Assembly (NCBI GenBank): GCA_951406725.2
Contig: OX597817.1
Location: 136,648,001-136,712,000, forward strand
Origin: Octopus vulgaris
Taxonomy: Eukaryota
DNA length: 64,000 bases
Direction: 5' to 3'
Shown here: in pieces, positions 13,339 through 25,922 of the stretch
Layout: each line of letters starts with the position of its first letter
Position numbering within the stretch: position 1 is the first letter of the stretch
The notes under the pieces: generated by a model
What the model was told of the DNA's origin: nothing
The model's input: only the letters and a program-made list of their open reading frames with translations
Database searches by the model: none
Made by a program: the position numbers and the translations under genes

Positions 13339-14562
13339 TTGTTAGACCAGCTGTGGCATAATATTACATATGTTGTTGTCTCCCCATGAATCTGTAATTG
13401 TAAATTGAGACATTATTTAAAACTCCCAATAATAAACTGATTTATTTCTTGCAAGTCATTCAGTAAAATTAACAAAACAACTACAATGTCAATTCATTTA
13501 TAGATGCACACACACACACCTCTGTTTACACACTACCCCACACACATATGAATGTGTGTGTGTGTGTAAGCTATTAAAGTAGATGTAAATGAGTAAAATT
13601 GATCAAAACTGCATTAACCATTTATTTTACTGAATACCTAATCACACAAGATGTCAAGATAAATTCAATTACCTACATAAATCTCAAGACTCTCATTGCA
13701 AAGTTTTTTTCTTTTCTCTTTTAGTTTGCCAATAATAGAGGTGGGTGAGTGGTTACTAAATATTTTTTGACCCACATGATGTATCAATGAGTCAAAGGTA
13801 AAATATATACCTTTAAACACATTTCTGTACTATACAGTATCTTCCATGTTACACCTATTTATGTGTGCAAGCTTAATTAAAGATATATTAATAATATAAT
13901 TGTTAAAGAGGACAACAAACATTAAGGCAAGGCAAACATCATCTCAAGTCATATACATTATTATTATTGGAAAAAATTCAAAGTCTTACAGCTGTTTCTG
14001 GGATATCCCTGAGTATGGGATATTGCGATATTCCGTCATCGGAATATCGCAGATATATATATATGGATGTATATAACTTGATCTTGATGTGGCTATGGAT
14101 CGTGAAGTGTGAGCCAAGGCTAGATTAGTTACTGGTTAGAAGTGAAGGCTTGATCAACTGAGATTGGTTATTTGAGTGAAGTTATATGATTACTGGAAAG
14201 CACTGCCAGAGCACCAATCAAATGATGAAGGATGAGAAAACATCTAAAAACTATTTAATGAAAAGATTATGAAACCAAAATCAGTCAGAATCTTAGTATG
14301 GTGACTTTTCTTGTACAATAACTGTTCATGAAAATGGTTCATGTTAAGTATAGCATCTTAAATTTCAAGCAATAAAAAAAATAAAATGAGCCTTATAAAA
14401 TTGCGAGACTCTTTGAAACTCATAAATATCTTAGTAATAAATGTGGCCAGATTAAAAAGGTGCCTGTGGTGTGATTGTTTAGTTTATGGAATACTCAGCC
14501 ACAATTTAGCAGTTAAGAGTTGACTGTGAGCCACATCCTTTGCTCATACACTTCTTGCAGAG

Positions 14563-14680
14563 ACTATTGATAATAGTAAATATGTCCTATTGATAATACT
14601 AACTGTGTCCTATTGATAATAAGTAAATAAGCCTATTGATAATACTAACTGTGCTCTGATGATAATGTAGATATTTCCTA
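14563..14680. repeat. ~23-bp minisatellite (ctattgataat-core), about 5 copies
   Basis: ctattgataat recurs at ~23-bp spacing with alternating agtaaata/actaactg. Confidence 0.85.
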
Positions 14681-15189
14681 CAGTACTGTTGTTAGTAATA
14701 GTTATTTCCCTCTTCAGCCGCTGTAAAGATATTGGTTTGTAGATGAAGCAGAGTGGGATGTTGTTTTCTTTTATAAGGGATGTGGAGTAAAAGTATTGGC
14801 CATTTGATTAGATCTCTCAGCTGTGTCATTGATGGAGATTTGCTGCCCTTGATGTTTGATGAAGGAGCAAATCTTTAATGAATTAGGAGAAACTATCACC
14901 CATAGCAACCAACCCACACAGCAACGTTTCCAAACACCCCACTCCCATCCTCACTGCCAGATGACAGTTCTAGTGATCATCTACTTATTACCTTTTGCGA
15001 TCAATGATGTTTCTTTTAGTTAATCTCTCATAGTAAGTCACAGATATTTCATATGAATAAATCTATATTATTTCATAGACAGTTCTCTTTTGAAAGTGTG
15101 TAGAAAATACTACTCCATTCTCACTATCTGTAAAAAATATCCAAGAGTTTTCCTCTTCTTTCTTTATGCCCCTCTCTCTCTCTCTCTCT

Positions 15190-15233
<44 letters not shown>

Positions 15234-15393
15234 TAGATTTTTTTTTTAAGGAATAAAAATTCCAGCATAACAGAGGTTCAAATTATTCTCAATGAAGAAA
15301 TATATTTTAATTTAGAGATAGTAGGCCCCTACATATCACCATATAAAAAGAATATTTATTTTAAATACCTACTGTTTTATTACTTGGCAACGC

Positions 15394-15428
<35 letters not shown>

Positions 15429-15746
15429 CATTTATGTACACACACACACACACATATATATGTCACCATGGAAAGCAGATGTTAAATGATGATGATATAT
15501 ATTGTAAAATTTACGTTGACTGGGACTCTGTTTTTTTTAAAGTTTTGTTCGACAACTTATTCAACCAGCGACTGTTTCATTGTTATTCTTAAACTTGCTT
15601 TAAAGTAAGAATCTCATTTTTACACTCTCACACACACACAAACTAAATCTTGTCTCTCTCTTCTTAATGTGTTGCTTCAACTGCAATTTCCCCCTTCCAG
15701 TCAGATCTATTAACGATGCATGTCAGTGTGTGTGTGTATATATATA

Positions 15747-15779
<33 letters not shown>

Positions 15780-17410
15780 TACACACACATATATATATAT
15801 ATATACATATGCGCCCAACACAACACACACACACACATTTATGCACAGCTACTTAATCTGAAACATAAATATCATAAATAACGGGGTGGCGTGGGGTGAA
15901 AGCTCTTGTATATTAAAATCAAGCAACTACTCAACTGACTGACTCGTTATTTTCTAAAATGAAAGTATTTTTTTTATTTTACTTTATAGTTTATCTAGAG
16001 ATTATTTTTGACAAAATACTAACTGAATTAAGACAATTTATATTCACTAAATGTAATTATAAAACACTTGTAGAGATTTAAAAAAAACTCCGTTCTTGAG
16101 TTGGTCGAAATGCTTTCTTCTTTTAGCCTTCAACTTTGATATAAATTTTTTTCTTTGTTTCATATTTTTATTTATATAGTTCTATTGTTGTTCTATTATT
16201 TTTTTTAGGCAGTCTGACTCAGTTCAGATTGAATTGTTGAAGTAGGCAAGTGTTTCAGGCTGTAGTAGACTTTCTAAAGATCTCTTAATGTGTTTGTTTT
16301 AATTGCTCATTCATACATACATACATACATACATGTGTGCATGCATACACACACACACATGCACACATTTTTACCTGCATGGCATGTTTCAGCATTGTGT
16401 CTCCTTAGTTTTTATTTCAGAATTTGTTTTCCTTTAAATTGTTCTGAAGCTCCAGTCATATATATCTCAATTTAATCCACACCAACATAAAAAGACTGTT
16501 GTTGAAAATGAAACTCTAGGAATTGTTCTTTTATTTCATAATGACCACTGCTTATTGTAAATAAATATCTTATAAATTTACTAATTACTATAACATATAA
16601 AGTTTTAATCTTAAATCTGATTGAATCTAACTTTTAAAGATCTTTATCTGTATCTCAAACAGATGGTGTATCCTGATCACCAGTTGTGTCTTCCATAGCT
16701 GGATTTTTGGAATTGTTTTCACAACTTTCTTAGTTTCGTAATATTTATGTATTCAATTCAGATCTTCATTTAACAACGTTTGGTCATGGATGCAGTTCTT
16801 CTAATACCAGAATATTAGCATACATTGTACATGATGAACCTTTTTAACCAAACATCTATAATATTTAGTTGTGATTTGCATCCATTCCTTGCATCACTTA
16901 ACCTATATGATTACAGTATGAATATAGTATATTTGTTTTAGAGAAAGTGCTATAAATACATATGGCATTTTTTTTTTTGATTAAAAAATATTTTTTTTTT
17001 GTTTTTTCTACAAAGATTCCTTGATTCTCACATACTTAGACCTAAGAGTTTTTAGGAAGAACAGTTTTCTTCTGAAGAAAAAGAATATTGAATATTCACG
17101 ATATCTAAATTAAAGTTGACGTTATTTTATTTAACCGATTGTGATGATCTAGTAATGTTTTGAAATAATCTTGTTGAAATTTGATTGCAGGTATTGTGTC
17201 CTGCTTCAAAACATTCTTCCTCTGTCAGCAAACAGAGTTTACTTAGAGGCCAGAATTAAATGTTTACAGATTAAAAACAAATGACAAAGTCTAACTGGTT
17301 TCAATCTGTAACCATTAAAAACCAGAAACTAGATATAAAAGTATTTGGAACAATAACTAATATTCTATTTTATTGATGACAAAATCTATTTTGCTACATT
17401 GTAATCAAGA

Positions 17411-17455
<45 letters not shown>

Positions 17456-17808
17456 GTGATATTTTCCTATTATTTCTGGTGAATATTAATTGTTTCAGTT
17501 TTGATTATATTTAACGAATCATAGAAACAAGTGCAAATGAAGAGATTCATAAATATTTGAGAATGTGATTTCAAGTACTTAATGCATTTTCATGCATTTA
17601 CAACTGGAGCAATAAATATATGTGACTCTGCAATTTTAGGGGCACGATATTGTATCCATATTTTGCTTGTCTATATCTCTATGTTGGGACACAAAACACA
17701 CACACATGTATGTGTGTATATATTTATATATATATACATATATATATATACATATATATATACATACATATATATATATATATATATACATACATATATA
17801 TATACACA

Positions 17809-18663
17809 CAGGGCGCAATGGATAAATTGTCGCTTTAATTTTGCACATGCACATTGTTTGTTTTTTGATTTTGTTGACTGCACGATATGTGAAGTTCAGT
17901 TGGGTGCCGCCTGTGAGAAAACTAGCACCCTGATGCAATTCACTCTTCCAGAAATTTGAAAATGACATGCTGCACTGCTTGGCATTTGTACTGCAAGCTC
18001 CAATACGAACATTTGAGTGAAAATCCTTGGACATGCACTGAGAGTGATAAAAATCAAACATCCAATCAACATCATGCTGTTTGGTGTGATCACTAGTGAT
18101 GGTGACATTATGCCTCCATTCATCTTCTTACACAGCTTCAGACACAACATGGAGGCCTACATTAAGTGTCTGTATGATGTAGTGCTGCCCTGGATCAAGA
18201 GGGTGGCTGCTGGAAGACCTTATGTCTGGCAACAGGACTCTGCACCATGCCACACATGCAGTAGAACCCAGTCAAGGCTGTCAGACAATTTCTGTGACCA
18301 CATCACCCCTAACATCTGATTACCTCATCCCCTCAGACTGCAACTCCCTTGGCTATTATGTGTGGGGCGTAGTTAATTGAGAGACCAACAAAACTCATTG
18401 TAACACCAAAGATGAACTGCAGGCAAGGATTATGGCAGCATTCACCAACTTAAACAAGAAGACCATCCAGAAGAGTTGCAGGAGATTCCTAAGTCATCTG
18501 GTGGCCATGATTGAAGCCAATGGCGATTTTATTGAATAAATTTACTCGTTAGAATTTCAATATATTTTAATGTAATTTTGGTGAATATATGTGTTAAAAT
18601 GAGATTGTCAGTGCTATTTTCACTTTTGTGTAATTTAGATGACAGTATATTCACCACACCCTG
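17809..18663 (+). mobile_element. Tc1/mariner (DD37D/maT-like) internally deleted, inactive copy
   Basis: TIRs cagggcgcaatggataaattgtc / gacagtatattcaccacaccctg followed by TA. ORF 18017-18319 KHPINIMLFGVITSDGDIMPP...GRPYVWQQDSAPCH, then stop/frameshift and SDCNSLGYYVWG (third catalytic D mutated); D-D spacing reconstructs to ~37. Confidence 0.9.
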
Positions 18664-19134
18664 TATGTGTGTGTGTGTTTATATTTATGAATAAATGAGT
18701 GTGTGTGTGTATTTATATAGATTTGTGTATATTTATAACTTTTACTCCCATTTTCGGGTTTAGTTTCAACTTTCTCCCTTCGTTTTGCAATTTCTGCCCT
18801 TACTTGCTTTTCTTATGTACTTCAACACACTTCCACCTTGCTCCACTTCCACATCTTCACATTTTCCCTGTATTCATCAGTTGTGTGCAAAACAACACTT
18901 CTAACTAGCACCATTGCACTTACACTCATCTACGCACATTCATCACACACACACACACTCTTTTTCTCTCTCTCCCTATTCCTCCTGCTCATTTTCAAAT
19001 ACTGATACATCATGATACAAGTCTCTACACATTAGTCCCATAGAGCAGAATTTACATCTGGGATATAACCATATGCCTTCCTCTTGGGGCCTTCCCTTTT
19101 CTTATTTTTGCTTTTTTCATGCACACATACTTAT

Positions 19135-19365
19135 CATCACCATCATCATCATCAGTTTAATGCATATGTTTCCACGTTTGCCTGGGTCAGACTGGCTTCA
19201 TTGATTTTTCTACGGCTGGATGTCCTTCCTGTCACTAACCCTCTGTTTCCAATCAAGGTAATATTTCCCCATGGCCAGATATGTTTTTCCATGAAACACT
19301 GCAAACAAACAACATTGTTCTCATGTTGGAGATTCTTGTTAACAACCATCACATGGTGTCAGGAT
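19135..19365 (-). mobile_element. B-tail SINE variant
   Basis: (CAT)n, ttctacggctggatgtccttcctgtcactaaccc...ggtaatatttcccc. Confidence 0.7.
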
Positions 19366-19480
19366 GATCTGTCCAGCTGTCTGTCTGTCTATTTGCCTAT
19401 CTGTGTGTCTATCTACGTCTGTCTGTCAGTCCATCCATCAACCCATCCATCTCCAACCAAATATTTAAATATATACACTG

Positions 19481-19567
<87 letters not shown>

Positions 19568-19749
19568 TATATAGAGTGGTTGTATAAAGTCAACATAATG
19601 TGACAGTCCCGTAGAGGGAATTACACCACCGCTATATAGCCCTAGGAAGCTTCGACGCTTCCTGTCGGCTTTGACACATTTTCTGTGTCCTTATATTTGC
19701 AAGAGGGAGGCAAGCACCCCCACCAGCCGATATATATACCCACATATTT

Positions 19750-20120
19750 TTTATTTATTACTTGTTTCAGTCATTAGGCTATGGCCATGTTGGGGCATCC
19801 ACCTTCAAGGGTTTAGTCAAAATGATTCTTTTGAAGCCTAGTACTTATTCTATCAGTGTCTTTATGATGAACTGCTAAGTTATGTGGACATGGAGAAACT
19901 AACACCAGTTGTTAAATGATGGCGGAGGACAAACACACGAATAAATATATGCATATATAATAGGAGAGGCTTCTTTCAGTTTCTGTCTGTCATCTCTACT
20001 CACAGAGTTTTGGTTGGCCCAGGGCTACAGTAGAAGACACTCAGTGTCACACTGTAGGATGGAACCCAGATCCATGTGATTGGGAAGTTAATTTGTTATG
20101 AGACAGCCATGCCTGCACCT
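19750..20120 (-). mobile_element. SINE family A, full length, decayed
   Basis: tacttgtttcagtcatt...ggggcatccacctt...ggcttctttcagtttc...acagccatgcctgcacct. Confidence 0.85.
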
Positions 20121-20169
20121 ACATATACATCAGCTATATATAGATACCAACGAATGCATAAACATGTAC

Positions 20170-20330
20170 ACCACATCCTGGAAAGTGGTTGATGTTTGGA
20201 AGGGCATCCAGCCATAGAAATCATGTCAAAACAGCCAGTGAAGCTTGGTACGGTCCCCTGGCTTGCTAGACCCTGTCAAACCATCCAACCCATGCCAGCA
20301 TAGGAAATGGACATTAAATGATGGTGATGT
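20170..20330 (+). mobile_element. Family B 3' part
   Basis: ggaagggcatccagccatagaaa...ccatccaacccatgccagcat. Confidence 0.85.
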
Positions 20331-21271
20331 TGTGTGTGTGTGTGTATGTATATATATATATATATGTGGATGGTGTATCTGTTTGTGTGTATGTGGTGGT
20401 ACACATGGCATACACTATATACACATGTTTGTTAACATAAACTTCATCTGTGTAGTCATTTATTTTTCTTACATTCTGTCCTCTTTGTTCCTCCCTCTAA
20501 TTTTACTTCTTATTTTTCTTCATATTCAGTTGTATTATTTTATATTAGGTTCTTGTATATTCTTCTTACCTTACTTTTAGCTTCTGATGTGTGAGTGTGT
20601 GTGTGAGAGTGAGAGTCTGTGCACAGACACTCCCTTCCCACAGACACCAACAAACACACATCTATGTCCAAATATGTTTTCATGTGTGAGATTAACTATT
20701 AAATTACTCATACAAAATATCAGATGCTTCTAGATTCTTCTTGCCAACAACAATGATGGTTCAGCAGATCTGTTTATCTTTCGTATTGAAATAGTTCAGA
20801 GATCAATATATATTTATACATCTGCTGACTTACAGCTAGTACCAGTGCTCGCTTTCTTTTCACTCGCTTTGCCATCTCTTCTGCAAACACGTATTTCTGT
20901 CTTTATTTACAACAGTTTTTTTTTCTTCTTGTTTAGTTAATAATATTACATATAGATAGTTTTCAAGTTCTGTTTGGGAGTTGTTCTATATGTAATATTA
21001 TTAACTGCACGTATGTGTATATATGCATGCACACACACATCACATCATCATCATCATCATCATCATCACTGTAATGTGCACATCTCCATGTGTGTGTAGG
21101 TCAGATGGAATTTGTTAAGACTTACTTTCTACTGCACCATGGTCATTTTTTGTGAATCCTCACATATTTCAAAGCAAATTGATATTTTCCGTTGGCCTTT
21201 TCAACGTAACCAGCACAATGGACAGACATGTTTTCATGGAATATTGCAAATCAACAACACTGCTTGCATGG

Positions 21272-21480
21272 CTGTTGTTGTTGTTAAGCAACAAGACTGG
21301 TAAGGGTGATTAGGTGATGGTCTAGGGCTTAGGAGCGGGAGACCCCAGACCTTGGAAGAAAAAAAAAAACTTTGGTCGTCTTGTTGTAGTCGAGGGCTCT
21401 TCGTTGACACCTGACACCACTAGGAGGTGGCCCTCAAAGTCGCTGGAAATGGAGATCTCCAGGTCCAAATTCTTGAATGG
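21272..21480 (-). mobile_element. 209-bp non-autonomous retroposon with (CAA)n tail and 12-bp TSD
   Basis: Exact direct repeat ctgcttgcatgg at 21260-21271 and 21481-21492; minus strand ends ttaacaacaacaacag; GC- and CpG-richer than its flanks. Confidence 0.85.
21392..21464 (-). ncRNA. Candidate HDV-like self-cleaving ribozyme (minimal P4)
   Basis: Minus strand ACCUGG...GAGGGC-CACC-UCCUAGU-GGUG-UCAGGU-GU-CAA-CGAA-GA-GCCCUC gives P1, P2, P3, L3 and J4/2 in HDV order. Confidence 0.55.
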
Positions 21481-21800
21481 CTGCTTGCATGGGAGCAATG
21501 TTTGTCTACAGTTTGCATGTGATATGAAAACAAGTACACATAAACATGCACACACACACACAACCATAAGATAAACCTTTTTTTCTACATCCATCCTTGA
21601 AATCTACTCTTGAGATTTCATGGCTATAGGAGACATCGCTGCATTGTGGGACTGAATTTGGAGCCCTCTGACTACAAAGATTTATATGCATGTGTGTGTG
21701 TATGCATGTGCATGTGTGTATATATAACTCTCTGTACAAAGATGTGTGTGTGTGTGAATGTGTGTATATGTGTGTACATATATGTGAATATATATATGTA

Positions 21801-22044
21801 TATATTCTGTTGTATCATTCTCTTTTAGGGTCTTATAATTTAATATGCTCACCGGTAAAATTTCCACTTGTTTCTTTTTTATTTTTCAAAAAATTTTCGT
21901 TGTGATTTGCAACCTTTTCAATAGTTTTGACTCTGTCCATTATTCACACTGCGTTCCAATCTACAGATGGATAGATACATAGTTTATATGAACAGACAAG
22001 CACACATACGTACACATACACAAATGACGACTGAAACACATGGC

Positions 22045-22077
<33 letters not shown>

Positions 22078-22556
22078 TTTACTTCACCCAAGGACGCATA
22101 TGGAGACACATGTCCACACATATGGAGATGCACATCCATACATACAAACATAGTACATAGTTGCAAAACACACACACACACACTCAGACATGCACACACA
22201 TATAAAAACACACACATAGACATAAAAAAAACACAAACACGGACATGCAAACACATGAATATGCAGAATACATACTTACAAATATACACACATACATATA
22301 TACATATACACACACATACATGCATTCATGCATGTGTAAGCACACATACACACACACTAACCCCCGCACATGCACACAAACAAACAAAAAGGAACGCAGT
22401 GTGAATAACAAACAGTCAAAACTATTGAAAAGGTTGCAAGACACAACAAAAATTTTAGAAAAATAAAAAAGAAATAAGTGGAAATTTTACCGGTGAGTGT
22501 GTTACATTATATGGCACCAAAAGAGAATGACTCACTCCAGACACAGCAGAATATGC
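21801..22556. mobile_element. Fold-back element with ~140-155-bp inverted arms and a CA-rich spacer
   Basis: tcattctctttt...ctcaccggtaaaatttccactt...gcaaccttttcaatagttttgact...ttcacactgcgttcc (21815-21957) is inverted at 22391-22530. Confidence 0.85.
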
Positions 22557-23537
22557 TTCAACATACGAACTCAAATAAAGAATCTTGCAAACCAAATCCC
22601 AAAACGAAATATAATACTACTGATGTTACGCTGGGCAACAGATAAAATTTCCTACTGAGACCAATGGAAGGATTTGAACTCAGAATGCAATTGACCGGAA
22701 CAAGTACCACAAGGCATCTGCACTGATATTCTAAGAATGAAAGATAAATTTTAACTTTGGTAGAATTTGAACTCATTGTGCAGAGAGTTAGAACAAATGT
22801 TATGTGGTAGTGTATCTGATGCCATAACCACTCTGCTAATTTGCCACCCACAATATGTGTGTCATTGTTTATACAATCTCATGTTTAATCAACCTCACGG
22901 AAACACATGTATTGTTTTTCTCTGCTTCCTTCATTGTTTTCAATTCGTTTTTCTTTTGTTCTCTGTTTATCCTCTATTGCTTATTCCCTCTGTTTATCTC
23001 TGTATATGTGTATGTATATATATATGTATATATTTATATATGTATATATGTATATATATGTATTTCAAAGTATATATATATATATTTTTTCATAGACAAA
23101 CATGTGCATTAAAATGTATGTATACTTCTGTTGTGTTGTTATTATTAAATGCATTCATTGGTGTGTGATGTTCCTTGTATGTGCTTGTGTTTCATCTAAT
23201 CAAAACAGATTTTCTCATCTGTCTGGAAATCTAAGATTAGTTCTAAATTGGATAATTCTATACACCCTCTTTTATTTTTAAATCTATATTGAACGTATTC
23301 AGATATTCAACTCGGCTATTTTTGTATGTTTTTTTATGGTTTGACAGCAGAATTAAGTCTCTCACACAACAATGTCAATAACATGTTGCTCCTTTCTCAT
23401 TTTCATTTCCTAACAAGATTCTTGTTTCACTTTCTCATCTTGTCTTTGATGGATTCTGTTGAGGTATTTTTGACTTGTATAATTTCAAATTTTGGTTAAG
23501 CTGTAAGCAAATATGTGTATATATGTGAGTTTTGATA

Positions 23538-23584
<47 letters not shown>

Positions 23585-24174
23585 GTGTTGTATGATGTGT
23601 GTATAACACACACATTGTTTCTGTTGTATTGGGAATTATTTAATTGTACAGAAATACACAATAAATGTTTGCATATCTTTGAGAAGAAAATGATAGATAA
23701 CTTGATAATTCAAAATAAAAAAAGAAAAGAAAACGGAGACCAAATGTTTGTTAATGAAATTTTGCACAGAATTGAGAATGAGACAATTATTTTTGAGACT
23801 AAATCTGACATTAGTGACACCTATGACTGAATGGTGAATGGGTGGCTGAATTAGTTGAGCAACAAACAAACTGCATGCATATATATACATGTACAAATTA
23901 TATGTAAACTTACATACATATATGCAACTATATATATATATATGTGCCCCAGCATGGCTACAGCTTGTGAGCTGAAACTAGATAAAATAAAAAAAATAAA
24001 ATAAAATATATATATTAAAATAAAAAATAAAATATATATATTAAAATCTTAGGTTAATAAGAATATTCATTAAAATATTCTTAGTTACCAGTGGTCTAGT
24101 GAGAAAGAAAAAATTTGTCAATAGACTATATATTATTCAGAGAAGAATACAGTGTACATTCAAACACAAAAGAG

Positions 24175-24363
24175 ATACCCAAAGAATAGGATATCTGACT
24201 TGCTAGAAAGAGTAGTTAAAACTACATGCCACCAATTATTGTAATTCCGAAAGTGATAAGGTAAAAGTTTTTATTTTTCTATCACTTTCAGAATTACAAT
24301 AATTGGTGGCTTGTAGTTTTAACCGCTCTTTCTAGTGAGTCAGATATCCTATTCTTCGGGTAT
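24175..24363. repeat. Fold-back palindrome, ~84-bp arms, ~21-bp spacer
   Basis: ataccc.aagaataggatatctgact...aaagtgata / tatcactttc...agtcagatatcctattcttcgggtat. Confidence 0.9.
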
Positions 24364-24374
24364 ATATATATATG

Positions 24375-24480
24375 TATGTCTTTCATGCTGGCATGGGCTG
24401 GACATTTTAACAGGATCTGGTGAGTGACAGGACTGTGCTGGATGCTTTTTTTTATGGCACCAACATGTGTGAGGTTACCC
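24375..24480 (-). mobile_element. Family B fragment
   Basis: ttcatgctggcatgggctggac...tttttatggcaccaac. Confidence 0.65.
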
Positions 24481-25895
24481 TATAACTTACAAAACAAAGA
24501 AAAAGAAGTTTCCTCAATTGACTGGGGATGTAGTAGAGAGGGAGATGTTGAGCGGCTAAAATATGATAGCAGGACAGGCACAGTTTTTTCTGCATTATAT
24601 AGGAGTGGGTGGGCATAGCTGGAAAGAAGATTAAGATGCTGGTGATGTGGTGTCAGAGTATTAATATATCTGCATTTATATCTGTCTGTTTACATACCTA
24701 CCTACCCACCCATCTATCCAGCCATCTATTCATCCATCCATCTACTCATCCATTTATCTACCTACCTACCACCTATCTGTCTGTCTGTTTGTCTATATAT
24801 ACAAACTCACTGGCACACACACACACACACACACAGATATTATGTGTAAAAGCTGAGTATCCTTTACGATTTCTCTGCACTCCTCTCATTTAGCTGACAC
24901 ATTGCAAGATCTAATCTATTAAACAATTAACTTAGTAATTCTTTGTATCTTAACTGAAATATAAAAAAACAAAAAAACAATCAGTTGTAAAAATGGTAAA
25001 TATACCAATACTTATCAGAAATATATCTAGAGTCTGTTTATGAAGTCCAGAATTCTGAACATGGGAACTTTTAAGAAATTGTTTTTGATTTCAGAATGAA
25101 GTATTTTGAAAATCTGTAACTCTTTATGAAAATTTCATCTTTGGCCACTGATATCTTCTGGTTTGTTAACTAATTTGGTTAAGTTTCTGTTGATTAATAA
25201 GAAACTGAAAGAATGAAAGAAATTGTTGTTTAATTTTAATGACTTTAGTAGTTTTAATTAAATCTATTTTCTTCAGTTTTTTCATTCATTAGAATGTCAT
25301 ACTCTGCTGCAGTTGATTTTTCTTTTTCACATCCTGTCAACATTTCTCCACTATCTCTACTATTCTGACAATTTTCTCATCAAAATCTCTGTAATATTTT
25401 CTATTTCATGTCATCTATTTCTCAAGGTGCAATTATCAATCTTTTCTATATTTCAAACAACCTGCAATAAGTGTTTGTTTTCTTTTTGGAACTAACATTG
25501 TCCAAATAATCCTTCATTTTCTCTCTATTTTCAGATTAATCTATAATGTATTTGTCCTTTTTATTTTTGTTATTTTTTCATTTTGCTCACATTTCTTTAA
25601 ACATTCATGTTGTTGCTATTGTATTTTAATAATGCCAAACAATATGTTTACACCAAGTTCTTCTCTGATTTTTCAGAAAATACAGTCATAAAATAATGTG
25701 TTGTTAAAAATTTGATAACCATAAAACATTTATTTGGATATCTCCATAATCTAAAGACTGTCTCCTGCTAAGTTATTTCATGAAGATTTTAAAAATACAT
25801 ATTATGAAGATTTCTAACTCATTATAAATATTATTCTTTTTTTTTTGTTTCAGTGTTGAGAGTCACTTCATGTCAAAAGACGATTGTATTAAAAG

Positions 25896-25922
25896 ATGGA
25901 TGATGAGAACTCTCATTGTGAG
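25896..25922 (+). CDS. Candidate start-codon exon (exon 25854-25922; coding MDDENSHCE) of an unidentified host gene
   Basis: Long pyrimidine tract + tttcag acceptor at 25853, gag|gtacgt donor, aaagATGg context with an upstream in-frame stop; no homology recognised. Confidence 0.4.

Larger units (their letters stand above)
21045..21670 (-). mobile_element. Decayed chimeric SINE (A-like head, B-like tail) interrupted by a 209-bp insertion
   Basis: (CAT)n tail at 21045-21068; head remnants aaatctact...ggctataggagac...gtgggactgaa at 21600-21657. Confidence 0.6.

Noticed and set aside
14836-14876. Hairpin agatttgct...agcaaatct as a pre-miRNA
   Set aside because: Only ~40 nt with a 9+4-bp stem; too short, and no known mature miRNA recognised
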